Shown here piece by piece: positions 39,690-48,619 of a stretch of DNA of 64,000 bases. The first letter of the stretch is position 1; every line of letters begins with the position of its first letter. Position numbers and translations under genes: made by a program. Source of the DNA: an archaeon (GTDB lineage: Archaea; Methanobacteriota_B; Thermococci; Methanofastidiosales; NM3); NCBI GenBank assembly GCA_004212155.1, contig RXIG01000004.1:19855-83854 (forward strand). Direction: 5' to 3'. Under the pieces are notes generated by a model. It worked only from the letters and a program-made list of their open reading frames with translations. It searched no databases and was not told the origin of the DNA.

Positions 39690-41033
39690 TTGGAACAAAG
39701 GCTCTTTGGCACCGCAGGCATACGTGGCGACGTCATGACGAAGGTGACACCATCGTTTTGCTTGGAGTTTGGAAAGGTGCTTGCACGTCATTTCGGTTCC
39801 AAGGGATACGCTCGTATCGTCATCGGCACGGATGCGCGAAGGTCGGGTCCCGCACTGTCGCATGCGCTCATGACCGGGGTGCTTTCCTGCGGGATGGATG
39901 TCGTCCGAATAGGACAGGTCCCCACGCCAGCGCTCGCATATGCGACGCATTCGTTTGGACTCCCCGGCGTCATGGTCACCGCATCGCACAATCCTCCTAC
40001 AGACAATGGATTGAAGTGCTTCGAGTGCGGGTATGAGATCGGTCGCGAGGATGAGATCCGGCTCGAAGAGCTCTTTTTCTGTAATGCGCATTCCTCCAGT
40101 TTCGCCCCTCATGGGGCAGTGATACAAAGGGACGTAATGCCCGCATACGCCCATGCGCTGCGCACGTACGTCTGTGGTCTCTTTCCCGATATCAGCCTTC
40201 ACGGCATGACCGTCCTTCTCGATGGGGGAAACGGGGTGGGCGTACGGGTGCTTCAAAACGTCCTCTTCGAATGCGGTGCCACCGTGATTTCATGCAACTC
40301 GCATACGAGCGGTGACTTTCCGGGGCGCGCCTCTGAGCCCAGCCCAGACAATCTCTCGGAGCTGTTGCATTTCGCACGCCATATCGGTCCGGACCTTATC
40401 ATAGCGCAGGACGGTGATGCAGACAGGATAGCGGCATATGCCCATAACGGCACACCATTTCCGGAGGATTCGATCATCGCACTATTTGCCGACTTCTACT
40501 CGTCGCCTGGCGATACGGTCGTGCTATCGATAGACACGTCGCTTCGCACCGACATCGTGGTGCGCCGCAAGGATGTGAGCGTTTTCCGTGTTCCCCTTGG
40601 ATACCTGCATGACGGCATGAAAATGCATAACCCCGCATTTGCCGCAGAACCTTGGAAGCATATCCATGTTCCCTTCGGCCCATGGATAGACGGCATCGTA
40701 TCGGCGCTCCTTCTTTCGTTTCTCCTCGCGACGGACCCGTATGAATCATTATTTTCATCGATTCCCTCATATTCTTTTGAGAAACGAAATGTTAATATGA
40801 CATCCCCGGGACAGGTAAATGAACTCATCGAACGCCTGCGAAGAGAGCTTGGCACCCGTGACGACGTCAAGACCATCGATGAGACGTCGGGCATACGTGT
40901 CAACTTCCTCGATGATTCCTGGATCCTCGTACGACCCTCGGGCACCGAGCCAAAGGTGCGCTGCATCGTGGAAGGCACAACGGATGCCCGGTTCAACGAG
41001 TTGAGCGAGATCATTGCACGGTTGGTGGATTGA
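39690..41033 (+). CDS. Phosphohexomutase-superfamily enzyme, probable phosphopentomutase
   Basis: TASHNP, DGDADR, RPSGTEP; sugar-binding loop reads AAEPWK rather than GGEPSG; lies between two nucleoside phosphorylases. Confidence 0.72.
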   Translation: MEQRLFGTAGIRGDVMTKVTPSFCLEFGKVLARHFGSKGYARIVIGTDARRSGPALSHALMTGVLSCGMDVVRIGQVPTPALAYATHSFGLPGVMVTASHNPPTDNGLKCFECGYEIGREDEIRLEELFFCNAHSSSFAPHGAVIQRDVMPAYAHALRTYVCGLFPDISLHGMTVLLDGGNGVGVRVLQNVLFECGATVISCNSHTSGDFPGRASEPSPDNLSELLHFARHIGPDLIIAQDGDADRIAAYAHNGTPFPEDSIIALFADFYSSPGDTVVLSIDTSLRTDIVVRRKDVSVFRVPLGYLHDGMKMHNPAFAAEPWKHIHVPFGPWIDGIVSALLLSFLLATDPYESLFSSIPSYSFEKRNVNMTSPGQVNELIERLRRELGTRDDVKTIDETSGIRVNFLDDSWILVRPSGTEPKVRCIVEGTTDARFNELSEIIARLVD

Positions 41034-41827
41034 TGTATGCGATCATAGGCGGCTCGGGCGTATACGACCCCGATATGCTTTCACAACAGGAAGAACGTAT
41101 AGTAGAGACCCCTTTTGGTGCTGTCGAGGTCACTGTCGGTACTTTTAAGGGCGCCGAGGTGGCATTTCTCCCCCGTCATGGGGGAGGGCATTCGCAGCCG
41201 CCCCACCTTATCAACTACCGTGCAAACATGTGGGCGTTGCACGAACTCGGTGTCGAACGCATCGTATCGACCTCGGCCGTCGGTTCACTCAACGAGGACG
41301 TGGCACCTGGCAGCTATGTCGTCCTGTCCGACTTTATCGACTTCACGAAGCGAAGGCCAACGACGTTCTACGAAGGACCGTCGTCGCTCGTGCCGGAAAA
41401 GGATGTCGTCCACATCGATGTCACTCGCCCCTACTGTCCTCAGCTACGAAGCATTGCATACGACTCCGGGATCAAATGTGGGATGCAGATGATCGATGGC
41501 GGCACATATGTATGTACCGAGGGGCCACGATTCGAGACGGCCGCGGAGATACGGATGTATTCCATGCTTGGCGGAGACGTCATCGGCATGACGAACGTCC
41601 CCGAGGTCGTGCTGGCCCGAGAGCTTGAAATATGCTATGCATCGATTGCCATGGTGACCAACTTTGCAGCAGGCATATCTGGCGAGAAGCTCACGCATGC
41701 TGAGGTCTTGGACATCATGGGAAAAAACAAGAAAAATATTCAACGTCTTTTTAAGGTAATAATACCTTCTATACCTAAATCACGCGATTGCGAATGTGCG
41801 TCACTTCTCGAAGGGGCAAAGGGATAA
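41033..41827 (+). CDS. mtnP: MTAP-family purine nucleoside phosphorylase (likely 6-oxopurine/methylthioinosine-specific)
   Basis: IIGGSG, RHG, INYRAN, EGPRFETAAE, GMT..PE; TNFAAG at the base-specificity site. Confidence 0.85.
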   Translation: MYAIIGGSGVYDPDMLSQQEERIVETPFGAVEVTVGTFKGAEVAFLPRHGGGHSQPPHLINYRANMWALHELGVERIVSTSAVGSLNEDVAPGSYVVLSDFIDFTKRRPTTFYEGPSSLVPEKDVVHIDVTRPYCPQLRSIAYDSGIKCGMQMIDGGTYVCTEGPRFETAAEIRMYSMLGGDVIGMTNVPEVVLARELEICYASIAMVTNFAAGISGEKLTHAEVLDIMGKNKKNIQRLFKVIIPSIPKSRDCECASLLEGAKG

Positions 41828-41903
41828 CGTTTATAATTATTCTCTTTGATAATTATTATTTCTTCTCGGTAATATTTTTATAATCTTATACGTATATAAG
41901 GAT

Positions 41904-43061
41904 ATGTATTCTTCTAAGAACCACCCAAAAACCCATTCTTTCGACCTTGTCGGAGAATACAAAAACACCATAAAGACCATAGAAGAATTGGAACAATTCA
42001 TCCCCCTTACTGCCGAGGAAAGGGAGACGTTGCAGAAAGTGGTGGATATCCATCCGATGGCCATCACCCCCTATTATTTATCCCTTATCGACCCCGAGGA
42101 TCCCGAGGACCCCATACGAAAGCTTGTCGTGCCCTCTGCAGATGAGCTGTCAAATCTTGGTTCATACGACCCGAGCGGGGAGAGCGAGAACACGAAGCAA
42201 AGTGGCCTGCAGCACAAATATGAACAGACCGCGCTCATCCTGACGACGAAACAGTGCATGGCATATTGCCGATTTTGCTTCAGGAAACGCTTCGTGGGCG
42301 TTGCAGACAACGAGATCCTACGCGACATAAAGGCTGCCCGCAACTATGTGCAAAAACACACAGAGATCACGAACGTACTGCTATCGGGGGGAGACCCCCT
42401 CTCAATGGGCAACGAATGGGTCGAGCGATACCTCGAAGCGTTCATGTCGATAGACCATGTGGATTACGTACGCATCGGCACGCGGGTGCCCGTGGTGCTT
42501 CCACAACGCATTAGCGAAGATGGTGAGCTTCAGGAGCTATTCTCGCGATACTCAACGCCGGACAAACGCCTTCACATCGTGACCCACTTCAACCATCCTA
42601 AAGAGATAACACCCGAATCCATCCGGGCCATCGACACGCTCTATGCATGCGGCGTTCCCGTTCACAATCAGACCGTTCTTTTGAAGGGCATAAATGACAA
42701 TCCCGACGTGCTTGCCGATCTCTTCAACTCACTCGTTAGCATCGGTGTCAATCCGTACTACCTGTTCCAGTGCCGACCAGTCCGTCGCGTGCTGCACTTC
42801 CAGCTTACATTGGAAGAAGGACTTACCATACTCGAGGAGGCGCACAAGAAGATGAGTGGTCTTGCAAAGCGCTTCAAGTACGCGATGTCACACCGGTCGG
42901 GCAAGGTGGAGATCCTCGGATCCGACGATGATCACATCTATTTCAAATATCACCAGGCTAAAAACCCCGCACACAGCGGCAAGTTCTTCAAGGTGGACCG
43001 CATGCCCGAGGCGTGCTGGCTCGATGATTTCCCCGGGTGGAAACATGGCAACATTGGATGA
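41904..43061 (+). CDS. KamA-family radical SAM aminomutase-like protein
   Basis: ITPYYLSLI, LQHKY, CMAYCRFCFRKR, LLSGGDPL, THFNHP, NQTVLLKGIND, PYYLFQ. Confidence 0.92.
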   Translation: MYSSKNHPKTHSFDLVGEYKNTIKTIEELEQFIPLTAEERETLQKVVDIHPMAITPYYLSLIDPEDPEDPIRKLVVPSADELSNLGSYDPSGESENTKQSGLQHKYEQTALILTTKQCMAYCRFCFRKRFVGVADNEILRDIKAARNYVQKHTEITNVLLSGGDPLSMGNEWVERYLEAFMSIDHVDYVRIGTRVPVVLPQRISEDGELQELFSRYSTPDKRLHIVTHFNHPKEITPESIRAIDTLYACGVPVHNQTVLLKGINDNPDVLADLFNSLVSIGVNPYYLFQCRPVRRVLHFQLTLEEGLTILEEAHKKMSGLAKRFKYAMSHRSGKVEILGSDDDHIYFKYHQAKNPAHSGKFFKVDRMPEACWLDDFPGWKHGNIG

Positions 43062-43791
43062 GGAAATCAGGGAGCTGCTTCCCCAAAGGCCGCTAACCTT
43101 TTACAAGGACCTCAAGCAGTATGAGCCCTATCTGTCAAGCGGCAACAGGATGATCATGAACAGGATGGGCTACAATGACCATGGCATCACGCACGCAAAG
43201 ATCGTGACGCGCAACGCCCTGCGCATCTTTGAGATACTCAAACACGCAGTGCCGCTCTCAGTGGTAAAGGATCTTGACTTGGGCGAAGAAGACAGCATGA
43301 TCGTCATCATCGCATCTTCGTTCCTGCACGACATCGGCAACATGGTCCACAGGGACTATCATAACGTGCACAGTGTTTCGCTTGCCATCCCCCTACTCCA
43401 TGAACTCCTGCCCAAGTACTATGAAAATCACGTACCTATCATGTCCGAGGTCCTCCATGCGATATTCGCCCATGACGAGACCGCGCGGTGCCTCACCACC
43501 GAGGCGGGCATCGTGTCGCTGGCCGACGGCACGGACATGGAGGAAGGGCGTGGACGCATTCCTTATGAACGCGGGCGCATCGACATCCATTCCGCATCGG
43601 CGATGGCGATCAATAATGTTCATATATGCAAGGGAGAAAAACCGTTACGCATCGAGGTGACGCTGACCGACAATGCAGGTATATTCCAGGTACAGGAAAT
43701 CCTGGGAAAAAAGTTGCTCACAACGGGATTGCGAGATTTCGTAGAGATCTATTTGAAAAAAGATGGAAAAAATAAAAAGATGGATGTGTGA
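43045..43791 (+). CDS. HD-domain phosphohydrolase (COG3294-like)
   Basis: MGYNDHG..H, LHDIG, EAG...ADGTDM..GR.R, DIH; start ATG 43045 overlaps the kamA-like 3' end. Confidence 0.85.
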   Translation: MATLDEEIRELLPQRPLTFYKDLKQYEPYLSSGNRMIMNRMGYNDHGITHAKIVTRNALRIFEILKHAVPLSVVKDLDLGEEDSMIVIIASSFLHDIGNMVHRDYHNVHSVSLAIPLLHELLPKYYENHVPIMSEVLHAIFAHDETARCLTTEAGIVSLADGTDMEEGRGRIPYERGRIDIHSASAMAINNVHICKGEKPLRIEVTLTDNAGIFQVQEILGKKLLTTGLRDFVEIYLKKDGKNKKMDV

Positions 43792-43995
43792 TCAGAGACG
43801 CTTGATAGCCAATTCTATATCTTCTGATTTGACCGTCTTCCTGCCGGCATGTTCTGCAAGCCTCATGGCCTCCTGGGCGATCTCAACCCCCCAATCCTCC
43901 AAGAACTCAGAGAGCTCCTTTGCGGCCCCCTTGCTAACGCGGTATGCTCCGGCTTTTCTGATTATCTTCTCGATTGTGGCTATAGGTAGTGCCAT
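43792..43995 (-). CDS. Archaeal histone (HMf family)
   Basis: LPIA....IIRKAGA.RVS..A and HAGRKTVKSEDI; strong SD AGGAGG. Confidence 0.96.
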   Translation of the reverse strand: MALPIATIEKIIRKAGAYRVSKGAAKELSEFLEDWGVEIAQEAMRLAEHAGRKTVKSEDIELAIKRL

Positions 43996-44158
43996 AATAT
44001 CCCTCCTTTTCTCATAATCAATGATATGAGCTAATAGCTTTTAAATTTAATTATAATTAAAAATATATGTTATATAAAGCTTTCGGTAAATATTATTTAT
44101 CATTTCAAAGAAAGAAACTATTAATTTAAAATTATTGTTCAAATATCATTCAACTGCA

Positions 44159-44530
44159 TCATTCAAGGGTACTTGGGGCTAGGTAATCATTCAATTGATT
44201 GATATCACCGCTAATCCTCAGCGTAATTGGGCCGAGGGGGCTTTCCTCCGAAAAGTTGACGCGTCCGGCCGTTGCGACCTGCTTGTTCAAGTGGAGCGTG
44301 ACGGCCTGCCCACGCCTGCATCGCCTCACCACCGTACGGGCGGTGTCGCGTATCTCTTGGCGGTCGATCTTATCGCGCAGTGTTGACAGGTCGGTGATCT
44401 CCGTGCTTTTTCCACGTATCAGTGGGCCCTCGCGTTCGAACTCTATGTCTGGGAAAAGCGAACTCAATGCATCCACTATCTTCCCCTCGTCCTCAGTGGG
44501 ATAAATGCGCGTCATTACCTCAATGTTCAT
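44159..44530 (-). CDS. DUF54/COG1931 putative RNA-binding protein
   Basis: IYPTEDE.K...AL..LFP, QEIRDTAR, LNKQVA..G.VNF, PLGPI. Confidence 0.82.
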   Translation of the reverse strand: MNIEVMTRIYPTEDEGKIVDALSSLFPDIEFEREGPLIRGKSTEITDLSTLRDKIDRQEIRDTARTVVRRCRRGQAVTLHLNKQVATAGRVNFSEESPLGPITLRISGDINQLNDYLAPSTLE

Positions 44531-45884
44531 TGCACCACCTCGAATGCTTCCATAGTGCGCCAAGTGCCCAAGCGGCACGTTCGGGGGTGGGGTAGCTGGG
44601 AATGCCATGTGCATCCACCAGTCTCATCGATGTTTCGGCGACCTCGCCCGACATGAAACATGTGACAAGCGGCGTAGACGCGTCCCACCCTTCGATGAGC
44701 GCCCTGGCATGGATGTTCATGCCTATGTTGGTGAATGTGGGAACGACGATGATGGCAAGTATGGCGTCGATGCTCTTGTCACACTGCAATGCCTTGATAG
44801 ATTCGAAGTACTCGCGGTGCCCCGCCTGTGCGATGGTGTCGATGGGATTTTTTACAGATGCGTAGGAAGGAAGAAGTGCACGAAGCTTTTCTTGCAACGC
44901 GTTGGGAAGTTCACTGACAGCAAGGCCCACACGCTCGCATTCGTCTGCCGCCAGGATGCCAGGGCCTCCCGCATTTGTGATGATGGCGACGTTGTTGCCA
45001 TCCATGCGTGGCTGGGAGAACACCTTGGCGGCATCAAGGAGCCTGTCGATGTTGGGCGCCCGTATGACGCCGGCCTGAGCAAACGCAGCATCATAGATCC
45101 GATCGTTGCCAGCAAGGGAGCCTGTGTGAGACGCTGTGGCGCGCGCACCTGCGCCAGAGATGCCAGACTTGAGGGCAATGACTGGTTTTTTCAGGGAACA
45201 TCGTCTCGCACTCTCGATAAACGATTTTCCGTCCTTGACACCCTCCATGTAGAGCGCGACGCTCTTGGTGGCGTTGTCATGCTCGAGATAGTTGAGCATA
45301 TCGCAGAAATCGATATCTGCCATGTTGCCGAGAGAGACGAACTTGGAGAATCCAAGATGTTCGTATACCGTTTTGTATATGATGGCGGCACCCAGTGCGC
45401 CGCTTTGCGAAAGAAAGGCGATATGTCCCTGTTTCGAGTCCATCAGGAACGTTGCGTTGAGCGCGTTGTCGTTGTTGGCAATGCCTACCGTGTTTGGCCC
45501 GATGAGGCGTATGCCATATGATCTTGCCACTTTGACGATGTCCTGTTCAGGCCCCTTATTTCCGATCTCCGAGTATCCGGCGGTGATCACGACCGCGCTC
45601 CTGACCCCCTTCTCACCACAGTGCTCCAGAACATCGCGCACACCAGCGGACGGGATGGCGATGAGTGCCAGGTCGACGGGACCTTCGATGTCCCTGACCG
45701 TAGGGTATGATCTCACCCCCCCTACCTTCTTTTCACGAGGATTGACAGGATAGACCGTTCCCTTGAACCTGCGAAGGTTCTTCACTATCTCATGGCCGAT
45801 CTTCTTTGGGTTGTTCGATGCCCCCACAACAGCGATCGACCGGGGATAAAACATGGTCTCAAGGGAATCCTTTCGTTGATTCAT
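44520..45884 (-). CDS. ADP-forming acetate/acyl-CoA ligase alpha subunit
   Basis: AVVGAS, GPNTVG, SQSGALG, SHTGSLAG (phospho-His), TNAGGPG, NPID. Confidence 0.92.
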   Translation of the reverse strand: MNQRKDSLETMFYPRSIAVVGASNNPKKIGHEIVKNLRRFKGTVYPVNPREKKVGGVRSYPTVRDIEGPVDLALIAIPSAGVRDVLEHCGEKGVRSAVVITAGYSEIGNKGPEQDIVKVARSYGIRLIGPNTVGIANNDNALNATFLMDSKQGHIAFLSQSGALGAAIIYKTVYEHLGFSKFVSLGNMADIDFCDMLNYLEHDNATKSVALYMEGVKDGKSFIESARRCSLKKPVIALKSGISGAGARATASHTGSLAGNDRIYDAAFAQAGVIRAPNIDRLLDAAKVFSQPRMDGNNVAIITNAGGPGILAADECERVGLAVSELPNALQEKLRALLPSYASVKNPIDTIAQAGHREYFESIKALQCDKSIDAILAIIVVPTFTNIGMNIHARALIEGWDASTPLVTCFMSGEVAETSMRLVDAHGIPSYPTPERAAWALGALWKHSRWCNEH

Positions 45885-46116
45885 CGACGTTCACACCTTC
45901 TCCGATATATTCATCCTGGTCGATGCCACATAAAATCATTGCGGTACGCATCGTATCGGCGCGTGCACTGATGTCGATTCATCCATGTAAAGAATGGTTA
46001 TACTTCATAGGTGTTATTGTCATAAAATACATGATAGTAGTGATGAGCGTTATTCTATACAAAGATATTTAAAGTTGTGAAGCAGAAGGTGATAAAACGA
46101 TAACTTTGGTGGTACC

Positions 46117-47199
46117 ATGGCATTGTTTGGAAAAGAACACAACGATGAAGTTGACCAGAATGAGGTCCAGACGGTCCCCTCGTATATAGGGGCCATCAAG
46201 CTAGGAACAGCGAATTCAACGATCACTGCCGGAGACAAGCTTATCGGGACGCGATCGCTTGTCAGAAAGATAGCCAAATCTTCAGCATACGAACGCTCTA
46301 CAAAGGTGCCCGACATCATCGTCGGGTCGACGGCGCTAGAATATGAAGGCCTTGGCGAGCTTGTGTATATCGTTAACAAGGGCGTAGTAAAGACAAAGGA
46401 TGCCTACTACCTCGTCGAGTACCTCTTCAATCATTCGGAGAAACACAACCGCACCGACACCAAGAACCTCAAGATATTTGCTGCCGCGCCCTCCATAGCG
46501 GCCGAGAACCAAAAGGAGGAACTCGAAGAGCTCCTCTCCGAGTTCGTGTCAGATGTGAAGGTCATCAGCGAACCGCTGGGATCACTCATCTTCCATAACT
46601 GGGTCTCAGGCGTCTGTGCCGATATCGGCCACGGAACGAGCGACTTTACGCTCATACACCAGAAGCTGGCCGTCAAGGACGACATGGGTGAGGTCGTTGC
46701 CGACACCATCCCCGTGGGCGGACGCGACATCGATTTTGCCATACAGCAAAACATCAAACGCAAGCATGGGGTCGAGGTGCCAATCGAGGAATGCATGCGA
46801 ATCAAGGAAAACTACTGCGGACCGTATTATGAGAACGTCGTGCTTGGAAAGGAGCTTCCAGAACTGCAGGAAGATGTGATAACAGAGGAGGGTGTCGCCG
46901 AACGCATCGTCATCGATGCCGACATCATCGCGTCTGTCAATGTGATAGTCGATCACGTTTCCCGCAAGATCGTCGAGCTCGTGGGTAAGTCGCCGTTCAC
47001 GATACGCAAGAATCTCTATGGGGCAATCCTGCTCAATGGGGGCATCTCCTCGATCCGAGGGCTTGACATCACGGTGAGGCGACGCGTGGCAGAGATGGCA
47101 AATCTCGATATGGAGGCAGTCAACGTCGTCCTCTCGCAGGATCCACTCCATGCATCCATACTGGGCGCAAAGAAGGCAGCCGAGATCGTCTTCAGATAA
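46117..47199 (+). CDS. Actin-fold ATPase (MreB/MamK/salactin-like)
   Basis: Phosphate-1 IKLGTANS, connect-1 ISEP, phosphate-2 DIGHGTSD, GGRDID, IKENYC, adenosine LNGGISSIRGL, connect-2 DPLHASILG. Confidence 0.85.
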   Translation: MALFGKEHNDEVDQNEVQTVPSYIGAIKLGTANSTITAGDKLIGTRSLVRKIAKSSAYERSTKVPDIIVGSTALEYEGLGELVYIVNKGVVKTKDAYYLVEYLFNHSEKHNRTDTKNLKIFAAAPSIAAENQKEELEELLSEFVSDVKVISEPLGSLIFHNWVSGVCADIGHGTSDFTLIHQKLAVKDDMGEVVADTIPVGGRDIDFAIQQNIKRKHGVEVPIEECMRIKENYCGPYYENVVLGKELPELQEDVITEEGVAERIVIDADIIASVNVIVDHVSRKIVELVGKSPFTIRKNLYGAILLNGGISSIRGLDITVRRRVAEMANLDMEAVNVVLSQDPLHASILGAKKAAEIVFR

Positions 47200-47208
47200 A
47201 ACCAGCAT

Positions 47209-47254
47209 CATTGCACATGGCGGCTAGCTGCGCTATGTGCAATGCTCTTTTTTT
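47209..47254 (+). terminator. Hairpin plus T-tract after the actin-like gene
   Basis: CATTGCACAT (47209-47218) pairs perfectly with ATGTGCAATG (47235-47244), followed by CTCTTTTTTT. Confidence 0.7.
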
Positions 47255-47308
47255 CACAAAATCTTTTTAACGTTCTTACCTTTAACTTCTACAAGGTGAA
47301 TTCATATC

Positions 47309-47890
47309 ATGGATGATACTTCATTGTCAGGCCAGCTTCATGGAAAATATGCGGTCGATATCGATGGAACGATCCGTGGATACGTTGAGGACGTCGATGT
47401 CGAGATCAAAAATGGTGAGATCTACTTCCATCTTGAGATGTACAAGCATTCGCGAGTGCACAACGTGGGATTTATCGAGCGAAACAGGTACGGCCCCAAG
47501 CTCAAGCTTACGCTCACGCCAAAGGACATCGTTGCCGTTGGAAAGGATTGTATCATCATAGGATTCGGTCGCATCCCCGACCTCAAGGACATCGAGCGTT
47601 TCAAGCTCGTAATGGCAGAAAACGATGGTCTCAAGAAACGCACCAAGGAGTGCCAGGAAGAACTCGACGCAGCGATGAACAAGCTTGAGCAAAAGGAGGA
47701 GAAACTTCTTGAACTCCAGGACAAGCTCCGTGCCCTCAAACGAAAGGAAGAGGAGTTTGACCTCGTCAAGGACGAGCTGGCACGGCAGAAGGGCGAGTTG
47801 CAGGCGGCACGTGAATATATCAAGGTCATGGAAAAGATCGACCAGAAGGTGTCCCAGCTCATCTCATCCATTGAAGGTCAGGAAGAATGA
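47309..47890 (+). CDS. PRC-barrel protein with C-terminal coiled coil
   Basis: LHGKYAVDIDG.IRGYVEDVDVE...DIVAVGKDCIII (PRC-barrel pattern), then about 90 aa of heptad-rich E/K/L sequence. Confidence 0.72.
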   Translation: MDDTSLSGQLHGKYAVDIDGTIRGYVEDVDVEIKNGEIYFHLEMYKHSRVHNVGFIERNRYGPKLKLTLTPKDIVAVGKDCIIIGFGRIPDLKDIERFKLVMAENDGLKKRTKECQEELDAAMNKLEQKEEKLLELQDKLRALKRKEEEFDLVKDELARQKGELQAAREYIKVMEKIDQKVSQLISSIEGQEE

Positions 47891-48579
47891 AAGAGAAGAC
47901 GTTTTCGTTCCACAATGAAGAGGTCCACTATGCCAAAAAAGACTGGCAACGGCTTGAGAACCTGCGCTCAGAAGCGATTCCCGTCCTGGAGACCATCGGC
48001 ATGTATGACCCCGTGGTCTATGGCAGCGTCGCACGTGGCGATGTGCACAGTGGGAGTGACATCGACATCTTCATCCCATCCATGGTCTCATCGTTTGTCT
48101 TCGAGGTAGCGCTTGAAAGGTACGGCATCATGGAGAAGGCGATCGCCATGGCAACGCCCTGGCATCTTATCAAGGCGCATATCGTGCTGTCAAACTCGAT
48201 AAGGATCACGTTCCCGCTCGTCGACTTCAAGGGATTCGAACGCGAGTTCTACTTTTTTGGGGGTGCAGTTCGCCTCGACCAGCTCAGGGATGGCGAGCGG
48301 GTCCCCGGCGTTGACAAACGGCTCATGCTGATAGAGCCGACGCCCTTTGGTCACATAGGGTCTGAGATCACCGGCAGGGAAGCAGAGGTGGCAAAGATCG
48401 TCGGTGTGCCGCTTGATCTCGTGCGCGAGCGAGAGAAGGTGTTGTCAAAGCGCGACAAGGTCGGTCGCACCGGCATATATCTCCATAAACACCTTGCGCC
48501 TGATGAGAACATCGAGCTTGAGCTCAAACGACTTGCCGACACCGACTCCTACATTCGCAGACGCTATTACGCTACATAA
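47887..48579 (+). CDS. DNA pol beta-superfamily nucleotidyltransferase (COG2413-like)
   Basis: YGSVARGDV..SDIDIF, EFYFFGG, RVPGVDKRL, GRTG; ATGA overlap with the PRC gene. Confidence 0.85.
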   Translation: MKEKTFSFHNEEVHYAKKDWQRLENLRSEAIPVLETIGMYDPVVYGSVARGDVHSGSDIDIFIPSMVSSFVFEVALERYGIMEKAIAMATPWHLIKAHIVLSNSIRITFPLVDFKGFEREFYFFGGAVRLDQLRDGERVPGVDKRLMLIEPTPFGHIGSEITGREAEVAKIVGVPLDLVREREKVLSKRDKVGRTGIYLHKHLAPDENIELELKRLADTDSYIRRRYYAT

Positions 48580-48619
48580 TGTTTTTATCCTGCCCACGCA
48601 GAGTAATCGTGGTGTCTAG

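Noticed and set aside
42856-43044. Long 5' extension of the HD ORF; similar extensions for tyrS (60801) and metG (29335)
   Set aside because: These are open frames overlapping upstream genes or promoters; family homology starts at downstream ATGs.
43996-44158. Very AT-rich stretch considered as a replication origin
   Set aside because: No ORB-like repeats or adjacent cdc6/orc1; better explained as the histone promoter region.
44607-45521. 304-aa antisense ORF, and many other shadow ORFs of 60-250 aa
   Set aside because: They mirror well-supported genes on the opposite strand or frame, as expected in GC-rich coding DNA; no motifs.
47887-48579. Nucleotidyltransferase as an MNT-HEPN antitoxin or defence gene
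   Set aside because: It is the longer conserved archaeal COG2413-like type, and no adjacent HEPN (RxxxxH) gene is present.
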